In this document: piece after piece, positions 9,865 to 19,004 of the stretch
Numbering within the stretch: position 1 is the first letter of the stretch
Layout of the letters: the number at the start of each line of letters is the position of its first letter
Assembly: GCA_965206985.1 (NCBI GenBank)
Contig: CBDBLF010000011.1
Coordinates: forward strand, 91,384-155,383
DNA from: Spirochaetota bacterium
Lineage (GTDB): Bacteria; Spirochaetota; Leptospiria; Turneriellales; CBDBES01
Direction of reading: 5' to 3'
DNA length: 64,000 nt
Notes under the pieces: model-generated
Databases searched by the model: none
What the model saw: the letters and a program-made list of their open reading frames with translations, nothing else
Told to the model about the DNA's origin: nothing
Translations under genes and position numbers: made by a program

Positions 9865-10551
9865 CTCCTTATTTTTGAAGACTCTTCTTTCTTAAAAAGC
9901 TACCCTGTTCATCCCAGTGCATATTACGCTTCATTTGATGAAGTAGGAAGAGGTTCACTTTTTGGGCCAGTTGCTGTTGGTGGTGTTTTATTTCCCTCTC
10001 AGGCGGTTTGTGAAATTCCACAGCTATCTTGGTATAATCAAGTTAAAGATTCTAAATTATTGGTCGAAATACAGAGAGAGAAGTTGCTTCCAAAAATAGA
10101 AGCAGCTTTTGTAACAGGGGTTTCATATGTGTCCAATCGTTATATTGATCGGTTTAATATTAATCTCGCAATTGAAAAAGCTCTCTATAGACTTGTACAG
10201 AGATTTAAAAGAATTCTCAAGAAAAAGAAAGATTCACCCAAACTCCAAACTATCTTTTTTGATGGGAACTATTGTTTCAAGTCCTCTGATTGGATTACTC
10301 AGGATAGCATGATGCCTCAGATAAAGCATATCGTTAAAGGAGATCAACGTCTATTTACAATCGCCTGTGCCTCAATTGTCGGTAAGGTTTACAGAGATAA
10401 TTTGATCAAAAAAATAGCTAAAAAATATCCTGACTACCATTTAGAGACTAACAAAGGCTATGGAACAAAAAAACATCGATTAGCAATTCAGGAGCTAGGC
10501 ATTACTAAACATCATCGTATGAGTTTCTTGAGCAATATAGTTGTTATTTAA
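9865..10551 (+). CDS. rnhB: Ribonuclease HII (start codon uncertain)
   Basis: DEVGRGSLFGPV at 9937 (upstream of the ORF-track start, same frame), VKDSK, KGD....IACASI.GKV.RD, NKGYGT..H; no ATG/GTG/TTG between the rplS stop and the catalytic motif. Confidence 0.9.
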   Translation, partial: LLIFEDSSFLKSYPVHPSAYYASFDEVGRGSLFGPVAVGGVLFPSQAVCEIPQLSWYNQVKDSKLLVEIQREKLLPKIEAAFVTGVSYVSNRYIDRFNINLAIEKALYRLVQRFKRILKKKKDSPKLQTIFFDGNYCFKSSDWITQDSMMPQIKHIVKGDQRLFTIACASIVGKVYRDNLIKKIAKKYPDYHLETNKGYGTKKHRLAIQELGITKHHRMSFLSNIVVI

Positions 10552-10557
10552 TCAATC

Positions 10558-11967
10558 ATGGAAGACGGCATGAACCTGATTGGTAAATCAAAATTTTTAC
10601 TTGTATCTGAGGAGAATCAGGAACGCATTGTTGAGACAGTAAAGTCTTTAATAGAAAGGGAAAGCCTCAATTTTCTAAAACAAATTTTATCTCGACTGCA
10701 TCCTACAGATATTGCCAAATTATGGCATTTCTTTAATTTGCAAGAAAAGGAGTTTTTGCTCTCTCTTTTGGGAGTAGGGGCTAGCGCTGGCTTGCTTTCA
10801 GAATTAGAAGTTAAGCAGCGGTTTGAAATTTTCAAAGAAAAAAATATAGATTGGATTATGCACCGATTGGAAGAATTAGAAACTGATGATGTTGTGGATA
10901 TCCTAAAGGAGTTGCCCACAAGAAAGGCAAACTTCATTATACGAAAATTTGATAAAGAATATTCAAAGAAAATTAAAACCTTAATTAAGTATCCTGAAGA
11001 AACCGCTGGTTCGCTCATGAGTTCTAACTTTTTTGCTGTCAATCAAAATGCTAAAATTAACGATATTATCGAACAGTTTCGTAAAATTGAAGAAAAAGAA
11101 GAAGTTAAACATTTACAATTCATCTATGTCGTCAACGGCAATGATCACCTTTTGGGTTATATTGCACTCCGTAAATTAATATTAGAGAAATCAACCCAGA
11201 CGGCAAAAAATATAATGAAGCCTCTTCCTTTATTGATTACGCCACTGATGGATCAAGAAGAAGTTGCTCGGATTTTTAAAAATCACAATCTAATCTCTCT
11301 CCCCGTGGTGGATGATAAAAAAGGTGTTTTATTAGGTAGAATCACTATTGATGATATTGTGGATGTTTTGGAACACGAGGCATCAGAAGATGTATTTAAA
11401 ATGGTAGGCTTAAACGCAGGTAAAAGTATTACGAATAGTGTTTTTCACTCTTTGAAAAGCCGTTTTCCCTGGATGTTCATAAATTTAGGTGCAACGATCT
11501 TATCAGCCTTGGTAATTGCGCATTTCAGACCTACTCTTGAGAAATATATTATTTTGGCCGTTTTTATGCCCATGATTGCTGCGTTGGGTGGTGCTACTGG
11601 AAATCAAGTTGTCACTATGATTGTGAGAGGTTTAGCGTTAGGTGAAATTCATTTGAAACAGGCCAAGTCGTTTCTCATTCGAGAGATAGGAACTGTTCTG
11701 GTGGGTGGTTCAATGATTGGAATGACCATGGGTATTTTTGCTTACTATTTTTATGACCAAAACAGTATTGAGTTCGCATCTCTTGTCGCAGGAGCGCTCG
11801 TCTTCAATATGCTTTGTGCTGCAACGATTGGCACAACGATACCACTTACTCTCAAATTACTTGGCTTTGACCCGGCCGCTGGTTCTTCCATGTTGGTTAC
11901 GACGTTGACAGATATTGCAGGATTCTATATTTTTTTAGGTTTTGCAAGCATTTTTTTGGTTAACTGA
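10558..11967 (+). CDS. mgtE: Magnesium transporter MgtE
   Basis: N-domain, YPEETAGSLM, CBS pair, GRITIDD, TM domain with GGATGNQ and TTLTDIAG. Confidence 0.95.
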   Translation: MEDGMNLIGKSKFLLVSEENQERIVETVKSLIERESLNFLKQILSRLHPTDIAKLWHFFNLQEKEFLLSLLGVGASAGLLSELEVKQRFEIFKEKNIDWIMHRLEELETDDVVDILKELPTRKANFIIRKFDKEYSKKIKTLIKYPEETAGSLMSSNFFAVNQNAKINDIIEQFRKIEEKEEVKHLQFIYVVNGNDHLLGYIALRKLILEKSTQTAKNIMKPLPLLITPLMDQEEVARIFKNHNLISLPVVDDKKGVLLGRITIDDIVDVLEHEASEDVFKMVGLNAGKSITNSVFHSLKSRFPWMFINLGATILSALVIAHFRPTLEKYIILAVFMPMIAALGGATGNQVVTMIVRGLALGEIHLKQAKSFLIREIGTVLVGGSMIGMTMGIFAYYFYDQNSIEFASLVAGALVFNMLCAATIGTTIPLTLKLLGFDPAAGSSMLVTTLTDIAGFYIFLGFASIFLVN

Positions 11968-12596
11968 TGAATGCCCTTTCCAAAATAAATACTAAACTAT
12001 CCATCCCCAAGCTATATTTATTTTCCTTTCTATTCTCTTCTTCTCTAGCATTGGCCTGCCGTCAATACCAAATTGCGATGTCTCTTCTTCTATATTCAAT
12101 TATTGGATATCTCTGCATGAGTCCAAAAAAAAGTAATCGATATTGGGAAATTCAATTTATGAGCCCAAAGCTTCAGGAAAGCTTTATTGTCATTTCTGGT
12201 TGTGCTTACATTTTTCTTGTTCTCTTGGTAGGCTACTATAGAACAGATTCCTATGCAAAATTTACTTGGAATTACCATCCTTCTGTATTTTTCATTCTAC
12301 AAGCTTCTTTTTTCGGACCTTTATTTGAAGAAATTTTTTTCAGAGGGTATATATTTGAAATTTCTTCTCTAGGTTTAAATAACAAAAAACGTCGTGAATA
12401 TTTGGGTGTTTGCATCAGTTCTTTTCTTTTTGCACTTATACATCTGAGCAATATAAATCTTACTACATTACTTAATGATTTTGCTGTTTTTTCTGTAGCT
12501 GGTTTAGTTCTGGGGTTACTCAGATGGTATACGCGCAGTTTGCTCTACTGCATTATTGTGCATATGAGTTTCAACACAACAATGATACTAATTTGA
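11967..12596 (+). CDS. CPBP/Abi (CAAX-type) intramembrane metalloprotease
   Basis: EEIFFRG, FALIH, HMSFN motifs in a multi-TM protein. Confidence 0.85.
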   Translation: MNALSKINTKLSIPKLYLFSFLFSSSLALACRQYQIAMSLLLYSIIGYLCMSPKKSNRYWEIQFMSPKLQESFIVISGCAYIFLVLLVGYYRTDSYAKFTWNYHPSVFFILQASFFGPLFEEIFFRGYIFEISSLGLNNKKRREYLGVCISSFLFALIHLSNINLTTLLNDFAVFSVAGLVLGLLRWYTRSLLYCIIVHMSFNTTMILI

Positions 12597-13385
12597 AAAA
12601 TTAGGTTTTCTTTTTTCGATAAAGGCAGATAAACCTTCATTCGCTTCACCGGTCTCAAATAATTTGCAAAAATGTTCCTTTTCATTCAGAAAACCTTGTT
12701 CAAGTTCTGTGTCAAAAGAGGAGTGAACTAAATGCTTAGCTGAAGAAACGGCCAATGGGCCATTAGAGAGAATTTCTTTTATTCTCATTTCGCTTTCCAC
12801 CAAAAGTTGCTCATGGGGGACGATTTCTTGAGCAATGCCCACACTAAGAGCTTGGGTAGAAGTAATATGGTTCCCAGTGAGTATGAAATATTTTGCATTT
12901 CCTTCGCCGAGCATACGTGACAGCCTTTGTGTACCACCGAAGGCAGGAATCACACCCAGACTCACTTCAGGAAGCCCAACCGTCGCCTTATCTGATAAAA
13001 TACGGATATCACACGACAAGGCAAGCTCTAAACCTCCACCCAAAGCAAAGCCATTGATTGCAGCCAATGTAACAAGATGGGAGTTTTCAATTTTATTCAT
13101 AATTGCTTGCCCTTTCTCAATAAAATCTTTGGCCTCCTTGGATGAAAATACTTTCATCACAGAGATGTCAGCACCGGCCACAAAAGTCTTACCTGCTCCC
13201 GTAAATAAAACAGCACGGCAAGCATCTTCTTCGGCTTGGTCAATCGCATCAGAAAGATTTGATAAAAGAGTTGAAGAAATAGCATTTACCGGAGGAGAGT
13301 TGAAAATAATTTTTGCAAACCTACACCTCCTCCGCTCAGACAATGTGCAGTCATGTAATGTATAGTCTAAGAATTTATAATCCAC
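12588..13385 (-). CDS. Enoyl-CoA hydratase/isomerase
   Basis: FVAGADI, AAINGFALGGGLELALSCD, GLPEVSLGVIP.FGGTQRL. Confidence 0.93.
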   Translation of the reverse strand: MDYKFLDYTLHDCTLSERRRCRFAKIIFNSPPVNAISSTLLSNLSDAIDQAEEDACRAVLFTGAGKTFVAGADISVMKVFSSKEAKDFIEKGQAIMNKIENSHLVTLAAINGFALGGGLELALSCDIRILSDKATVGLPEVSLGVIPAFGGTQRLSRMLGEGNAKYFILTGNHITSTQALSVGIAQEIVPHEQLLVESEMRIKEILSNGPLAVSSAKHLVHSSFDTELEQGFLNEKEHFCKLFETGEANEGLSAFIEKRKPNFSN

Positions 13386-13423
13386 AGGAAAATTATACGT
13401 AGAAGAGACCTAGCCCAATCCCA

Positions 13424-14500
13424 TCAGATTTTGATAAAGGACACTAAAGGAATGTGATCGGAAATTTTCAGACCTTCTTCTATTAGAAGATAATGACGAC
13501 CAAACTGAATGTTATCCGAAAGAAATAGATAATCAATTGTGCGATCTACCGACTTTTCCTTTTTGGGGGTATTAGGGCTATAGGTAAACCACTTGTGCAT
13601 CTCTTTCCCACTTACTTCTTCCAAAGTGGGTATCATTTGATATTTCTCAACAAGTGGTCTGAGCTCCGTGATTTCTTGATATACTTCTCTGTGGATAGGG
13701 CCAAGACCTTCTCTTTGAGTGGAGACCGGAAGCAAATTGAAGTCACCACCAATAATCCAGCGAGCCTTTTGAATCTCTAAACCAGAAACAATATCAAGAA
13801 TTTTACTCACTTGTTGTTTCATATTGTCAGTACCCTGTGCAAAGGCCGACAAATGAGTGTTCATAACATAAAAATAGCTCTTCTTCTGACCTTCGTAGGG
13901 CAAACGAGCTTCAAGAATGCCACGCTTGAGGTAAAATTGTTCTTCTAACCAACTTTTGGGTATTTGTGGTAAACTATGGCGATAAGATTCAATAATTTTA
14001 TATTTTGAAAATGTGACTAATTTCATACCAACCGAACCCATCACATTGGGATGAGGTACAAAGGCCGATTTCCAGTAGAAGGCTTCAGTTCTGCAAGGAT
14101 ACTTGTTTGGAGGTAATTGCTTCAAAAGCTTGGTCGTTTGATTTTCATAATCAGTACGCGCTGCACCATCATCAACTTCCTGCATCAAAATAATATCAGG
14201 GTCTTCTTGCTTAATTAACTCAGCCACCCTTTTCGTTGTGATATTGATATCTTTAGAGGATGGGCGAGAATCTTGACCGCCTGTCTCATCATAGTAGAAT
14301 ACATAGTTTCGACCAGCCATATATTGGACATTCCAACTCATCACCTTGATCTTTTGGTTCCTCTTGAGAAGAGTAGCTTTGGATGTGCAGACAACCTTTT
14401 GAGCTTGCATCTCTTCAGGATAAAAATTAATCACACGAATCAGTCCAACCAAAAGAAGACAAGCAGCAATAAAAACAATAAAGATTTTCAAAAATTTCAT
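13424..14500 (-). CDS. Endonuclease/exonuclease/phosphatase family protein, membrane-anchored
   Basis: SWNVQY, DIILMQEVD, NTHLSAF, GGDFN, TIDY, SDHIP. Confidence 0.88.
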   Translation of the reverse strand: MKFLKIFIVFIAACLLLVGLIRVINFYPEEMQAQKVVCTSKATLLKRNQKIKVMSWNVQYMAGRNYVFYYDETGGQDSRPSSKDINITTKRVAELIKQEDPDIILMQEVDDGAARTDYENQTTKLLKQLPPNKYPCRTEAFYWKSAFVPHPNVMGSVGMKLVTFSKYKIIESYRHSLPQIPKSWLEEQFYLKRGILEARLPYEGQKKSYFYVMNTHLSAFAQGTDNMKQQVSKILDIVSGLEIQKARWIIGGDFNLLPVSTQREGLGPIHREVYQEITELRPLVEKYQMIPTLEEVSGKEMHKWFTYSPNTPKKEKSVDRTIDYLFLSDNIQFGRHYLLIEEGLKISDHIPLVSFIKI

Positions 14501-14554
14501 TTGAGTACTCTTGTTAGATAACGTTTGTTGTAAAGAATATTTTTTAATAACGAT

Positions 14555-15830
14555 GGGAGAGAGAAGGATGATAGTACCCCCCTACGACCATCATTAGTTG
14601 GTTCAGAATTGGTTCAAATCAAGTTATTTGGTTCAAAAGGCTTGGGTTTACTGGTAGAGCAAGTGAAAGACATTTTCCTAAAAAAGGTGCATCAAAAGGC
14701 CGACGTTAAATCATCAAATAAAACAGAGGTTCCTAATGAAGCACCCTTCTCAGGTTATTTGTCTAAACAGGTATTCGGCAGTAATGCGAAATAGTAAAGA
14801 CAAAAAGTTATACAGAATGCAAATGGTTCATTATGCCAAGAAGCATGGTTTCAAGCCAACAGCCAGAATGTTTAAAACGACTGTAAAAACAGTAAAAAAG
14901 TGGTTTCGTAGGTTTGAATCAGAGAAATACGTTGGCTTGGAAGACAAGAGCCACGCTCCACACTACTCACCACATGCAATCACAGACTTTGAAAAGGCTT
15001 ATGTTTGCTTTCTTAAAAAGAAACGTCGAGGCTTTGGTGCTCAGGAACTGAAGAATGTTTACCAACTAGACTTGAGTGTCAAGGCCATTCGCAGAGCGTG
15101 GAGGGAGCAAGCACTCTTGAAAAAAAAGCGTAGAAAACATAAAACGAAGCAAAATTTGCGTGAAATTAAGAAATTATGGGGTTTATTTAAGCAATTTGAC
15201 GTAGATACGAAGCATTTATACGATATTCCTGAGCTTTGGCCTTATATTCAGGAAAATATTGTACCGAAATATCAATATACCTTCAGAGAAGTTTTTTCTG
15301 GCTTACAATTTCTAGCTTTTGCAGATGAGTATAATATGGCATACTCTTGTCTGTTTATGGAGGTAATTTTAGATCATCTTGTAAAATCAGGGGTTGATTT
15401 AAAGAAAAATAATACGAGAGGGCAAACAGATAATGGCTCAGAGTTTATTGGTGCTTGGAATAAAAAAGGAGATTCGGAGTTTACAAAAGTATTAGCCAGT
15501 TATGGTGTGCCACACCAGACGATCCCTGCTGGAGCGCATACTTGGCAGTCTGATGTTGAAACGACTCATAGATTGATTGAGGATCACCTTTACCTGAATG
15601 AAACGTATAATTCAAGAGAAGACTTTCTCAACAAAGCTGGCTCCTATCTATTGATGTTCAATTCAATAAGAAAAAATTCTTACAAAGAGAATAAATCGCC
15701 CTGGCAGCTGATCCGAGAGGAAAGCACAACTATTGACAAACAAATATTAAATTTACCACCGTTTCGACTGGACTATTTATTTCAAAAGATGCCAATGGTC
15801 GTAGGGGGGTACAATCCTATTCTCCATCCC
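14555..15830 (+). mobile_element. IS481-like insertion sequence, copy 1 (1276 bp)
   Basis: Imperfect IRs GGGAGAGAGAAGGATGATAGTACCCCCCTACGAC / GTCGTAGGGGGGTACAATCCTATTCTCCATCCC; direct repeat TATTTTTTAATAACGAT at 14538-14554 and 15831-15847; matches 22948-24223. Confidence 0.9.
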
Positions 15831-15869
15831 TATTTTTTAATAACGATAGAACAAGTAAGAAGGCTTTAA
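14736..15869 (+). CDS. IS481-like DDE transposase (stop codon lies outside the element)
   Basis: N-terminal HTH, DVDTK, QTDNGSEF, QSDVE..H.LIE. Confidence 0.88.
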   Translation: MKHPSQVICLNRYSAVMRNSKDKKLYRMQMVHYAKKHGFKPTARMFKTTVKTVKKWFRRFESEKYVGLEDKSHAPHYSPHAITDFEKAYVCFLKKKRRGFGAQELKNVYQLDLSVKAIRRAWREQALLKKKRRKHKTKQNLREIKKLWGLFKQFDVDTKHLYDIPELWPYIQENIVPKYQYTFREVFSGLQFLAFADEYNMAYSCLFMEVILDHLVKSGVDLKKNNTRGQTDNGSEFIGAWNKKGDSEFTKVLASYGVPHQTIPAGAHTWQSDVETTHRLIEDHLYLNETYNSREDFLNKAGSYLLMFNSIRKNSYKENKSPWQLIREESTTIDKQILNLPPFRLDYLFQKMPMVVGGYNPILHPYFLITIEQVRRL

Positions 15870-16017
15870 AAAAAACATCTGTTCCGCTTATCTTATTTAA
15901 AAATAAAAATGTTCAAATTTAGGGATTGACTTAACAGGGCCAATATTGATTTTTAAAAGACTTTACAAATCAAATTTAAAAATCAATATTAATTCTGCTA
16001 AGTTGTGAGGTAAATTT

Positions 16018-16446
16018 ATGGCAAACACAAAGAATAAAACGATAGAAAATAATCTAAGCGTAAACAAATTCATTGAAATGGTTGAAAATCCGCGGCGAAA
16101 GAAAGATGCCAAAGAATTAATAAAAATAATGAAAGAGATTACCGGTAAGCCAGCTAAGATGTGGGGTACCTCAATTATTGGTTTTGGCAAATGCCATTAT
16201 AAATATGATAGTGGTCACGAGGGCGATATGCCTTTAGTAGGGTTTTCACCTCGTAAGGCCAACCTGGTTCTATATATTATGCTTGGATTTGGCAATTTCA
16301 CAAAAGAACTAGAAAAGTTGGGAAAACATAAAATAGGTAAGAGTTGTCTATATGTAAATAGACTAGACAGTCTAGATGAAGAGATTCTGAAAGAATTAAT
16401 TAAAAGATCGTACGAGCAGACCAAAGCGAAATATAGTGCACAGTAA
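16018..16446 (+). CDS. DUF1801 (YdhG-like) protein
   Basis: MWGTSIIGFG.CHYKY.SG.EGD, GFSPRKA, LGKHK.GKSCLY. Confidence 0.85.
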   Translation: MANTKNKTIENNLSVNKFIEMVENPRRKKDAKELIKIMKEITGKPAKMWGTSIIGFGKCHYKYDSGHEGDMPLVGFSPRKANLVLYIMLGFGNFTKELEKLGKHKIGKSCLYVNRLDSLDEEILKELIKRSYEQTKAKYSAQ

Positions 16447-16581
16447 AAAATGAAAAAAATTATTCAATAAAAAAAATTAGCAAGTCTGACAGGATCAAAA
16501 TATTTCATAAATTGGGTTGGACAGAATAAAAAACACTGAGGTTTTGCAAATGAAGTTTAAAAAAAACGATTGCTAACCTGT

Positions 16582-16608
16582 TATACTGGCCCCGGTTTAG
16601 GGTGGACA
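16582..16608. mobile_element. Orphan IS3-family terminal repeat
   Basis: TATACTGGCCCCGGTTTAGGGTGGACA resembles IS2/IS150-type ends; a related end is at 26531. Confidence 0.45.
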
Positions 16609-16742
16609 TTTTTTTGGTCTTTCTTGTTTAGCTGCCCCTATCCTATTTTCTTTTGCTACTTTACCCTTGGTATATTTAATTTATCTAGTTTCACAATATT
16701 TGGGCAAAGTTCATTTTTTTAAAAAAAGAGGTCGTGTCATAT

Positions 16743-17507
16743 TTAATCAAAGTTTCTATTTGCGATGAATAATTCTTGTATAGACCACTTATGATTCGTC
16801 ATTTCTGTAGCCATTGCTGGGGTGATTTGAATTGGTTTTCCTCCCTCATACTCAGCTAGACTTGAATGTGGAAGGCAGAGATTGTAATAATTAGCAACAA
16901 AAGAATTATGCCCCTGCATATATTTGAATTTTTTTGAAAAACCCTGACTTTTACGCTCTATTCTATGATTGTGTTGGCGAAGAGTCAAATTATTCCTTTC
17001 TACAGCAAAGGTGTTCATCTGATGACTTACTGAAGAGTTTGCAATATATTCATCTAGTAGCTTTTGATCACCAAAGATTAGAGATTTGTCAACTTCCTTA
17101 CATCTCCCTTTTTCTATTCTCTTAATTATTTGCCCATAACATAGAGATTTGGGTGATTGAAGCTTTCTAGTCATTGAGTCAAATTTACCATAAACTGAAA
17201 GAATGGCATCACTATATCCCTCATATCCATCAGAGGTAATCAAGAATTTATCTTCCCTCTTTGGCTTACTTCTTGTTTTTACCTTGGTCAGTAACTTTCT
17301 AGCATTCACTGAGGTCCTCTTGCCTGTTATATGCGCTAAAATGAGCTTTTCTACAGGCAATACTGCAGTAAAAGTCCAGATATCCCCTATTTCATCACTT
17401 AATTGCTCAGTCTCTGATAGATTGTATTGTTTTTTAAAGACAAAACCCCAATGCTCGTCTAATTGAATTTCATTGAAAGACAGGTTTTTGTATATATTTT
17501 TTTTCAA
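16743..17507 (-). CDS. IS1 InsB-like DDE transposase (frameshift product)
   Basis: QLDEHWGFV, ITSDG..GY, VERNNLTLRQHN.RIERK...FSK, ITPAMA. Confidence 0.87.
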   Translation of the reverse strand: MKKNIYKNLSFNEIQLDEHWGFVFKKQYNLSETEQLSDEIGDIWTFTAVLPVEKLILAHITGKRTSVNARKLLTKVKTRSKPKREDKFLITSDGYEGYSDAILSVYGKFDSMTRKLQSPKSLCYGQIIKRIEKGRCKEVDKSLIFGDQKLLDEYIANSSVSHQMNTFAVERNNLTLRQHNHRIERKSQGFSKKFKYMQGHNSFVANYYNLCLPHSSLAEYEGGKPIQITPAMATEMTNHKWSIQELFIANRNFD

Positions 17508-17847
17508 CTTTTAGTGAATCTTCACCTGCTGCTTTAACCCAAGCAAGAACTGTATCCTTGCTGATACCAAAGACTCTTCCGGTAGCTCTAATGCCACAGC
17601 CCTCAACTGTGTTTTGTAATACCCGAGTAATGGTTTCTTTGCTTTTCTTGCGACGAAAAAAAATAGTGCCTTTATTCTCTGAAAAGCATCTACCACAAGC
17701 GGTGCACTTTAAATAGGCTATTTGTTTGTACTTACCAGACATATAAGCAAAGCGCACATTTCCTTCATTTACCTTATGATACTTATGGCAGTCTGTATTT
17801 TGACAGCTAAAACCACTTGTATCAAAGGTATATTTTCTTTTGTTCAT
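17470..17847 (-). CDS. IS1 InsA-like (zinc ribbon + HTH)
   Basis: CQNTDC...CTACGRCF, GCGIRATGRVFGISKDTVLAW. Confidence 0.85.
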   Translation of the reverse strand: MNKRKYTFDTSGFSCQNTDCHKYHKVNEGNVRFAYMSGKYKQIAYLKCTACGRCFSENKGTIFFRRKKSKETITRVLQNTVEGCGIRATGRVFGISKDTVLAWVKAAGEDSLKVEKKYIQKPVFQ

Positions 17848-17947
17848 AATGAGACATAACCTTAATTTAAGGGAGATAAGTCAATTCCTTTTTTAATTGG
17901 AAACTTTGATTAAATATGACACGACCAAAAAGACGGTCAAGAACTAT

Positions 17948-17993
17948 TTGACATGAAAGTACCCCCTAACTAATAAGTTGAACCGGTTCAACT
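17948..17993 (+). promoter_or_regulatory. Putative sigma70 promoter with 18-bp palindromic operator
   Basis: TTGACA (17948-53), 17 nt, TAATAA (weak -10), then perfect palindrome AGTTGAACCGGTTCAACT (17976-93). Confidence 0.45.
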
Positions 17994-18240
17994 CTATTTT
18001 TTGACCGCCCATTTTCGACGGTCTTTTTTGTTTTAGTAGGCCATACTGCTCTGGCACCGTTTCATTAAGCTCCAAATTAATAGCTATAAATTTAAAGACT
18101 TAAAAGTAAAATTGTATACAGAGCGTGTGTGCTGCTGAATATGATGTGTAGGGTTTACTTGGGATAGAAAATATAATCTAAGTCTACTATCGTTGAAATT
18201 TACCCCCGACTTAGCAAATTAAGAGAATTCAAACCTTATA

Positions 18241-18999
18241 GTGAATAAAATAATTATGCAGTATCAAGTTAATATAAACAGAAAGATTTTCCACCTTTCT
18301 GGAATTTTTATCCCAGGAATTTTCTTCTTCCAAGTTTTTGATTGGTTACCAGTTAACTTGTTTGTTGACAACACTAGATCAATTCTCTTCTACCTCTTGG
18401 CCTCAACTAGTATTCTTTTGGTTGTTGTTGAATGTTTGCGTTTTAAATTTCCACTTTTCCAAAAATCTTTTATTGCTGTAGTCGGCCCCCTTCTCAAAAA
18501 GAAAGAATATGATGACATTAACGGTAGCATAGGATATATGCTAGGCAATACAATCTTACTTGCCTTTTTTCCTAAAGAAATTGCCATCATTTCAATGCTG
18601 TTCTTGCTTTTTGGTGACCCTTTGGCGGCATTTATAGGATCAAGATATGGAAAGATTCCAATATGCCATGGAAGGAGCCTTGAAGGTAGTGTTGCTGGAG
18701 CAGTGGTAGGAATTTTTGTTGCTTCTATATTTGTTGCTTTATTGACAATATTTTATGAAGATATGTCTGTATTTTATCTGTGGAGCGAAAACAAAGTTAA
18801 CTTCAAAATTTTATTGATGTTACTGGTGGGTTCGTTGACCGCTTTCACTTTGGAAGCGATCAGCACCCGAGGTTTACTTGATGATAATTTTTTGATGCCA
18901 GTGGGTTCTGCGTTTATTATGTTATTTGTTTGCCAAACACAAAATATGAGAGTAGACTTTTATCCTCTACATGAACTGATCTTTCCTCTCGCAAATTAG
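18241..18999 (+). CDS. CTP-dependent polyprenol/diacylglycerol kinase-like membrane protein (SEC59/DGK1/VTE5 family)
   Basis: RKIFHL, GDPLAAFIG..YG, RSLEGS, DDNFLMP. Confidence 0.82.
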   Translation: MNKIIMQYQVNINRKIFHLSGIFIPGIFFFQVFDWLPVNLFVDNTRSILFYLLASTSILLVVVECLRFKFPLFQKSFIAVVGPLLKKKEYDDINGSIGYMLGNTILLAFFPKEIAIISMLFLLFGDPLAAFIGSRYGKIPICHGRSLEGSVAGAVVGIFVASIFVALLTIFYEDMSVFYLWSENKVNFKILLMLLVGSLTAFTLEAISTRGLLDDNFLMPVGSAFIMLFVCQTQNMRVDFYPLHELIFPLAN

Positions 19000-19004
19000 C
19001 TCAA

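Larger units (their letters stand above)
16730..17926 (-). mobile_element. IS1-family insertion sequence (1197 bp)
   Basis: Perfect IR GGTCGTGTCATATTTAATCAAAGTTT at both ends; flanking AAAAAGA repeat; insA and insB overlap with an A8 slippery run. Confidence 0.9.

Noticed and set aside
14609-14794. 61-aa ORF repeated at 23002-23187
   Set aside because: It is duplicated only because it lies in the IS481-like left end, and it has no protein features.
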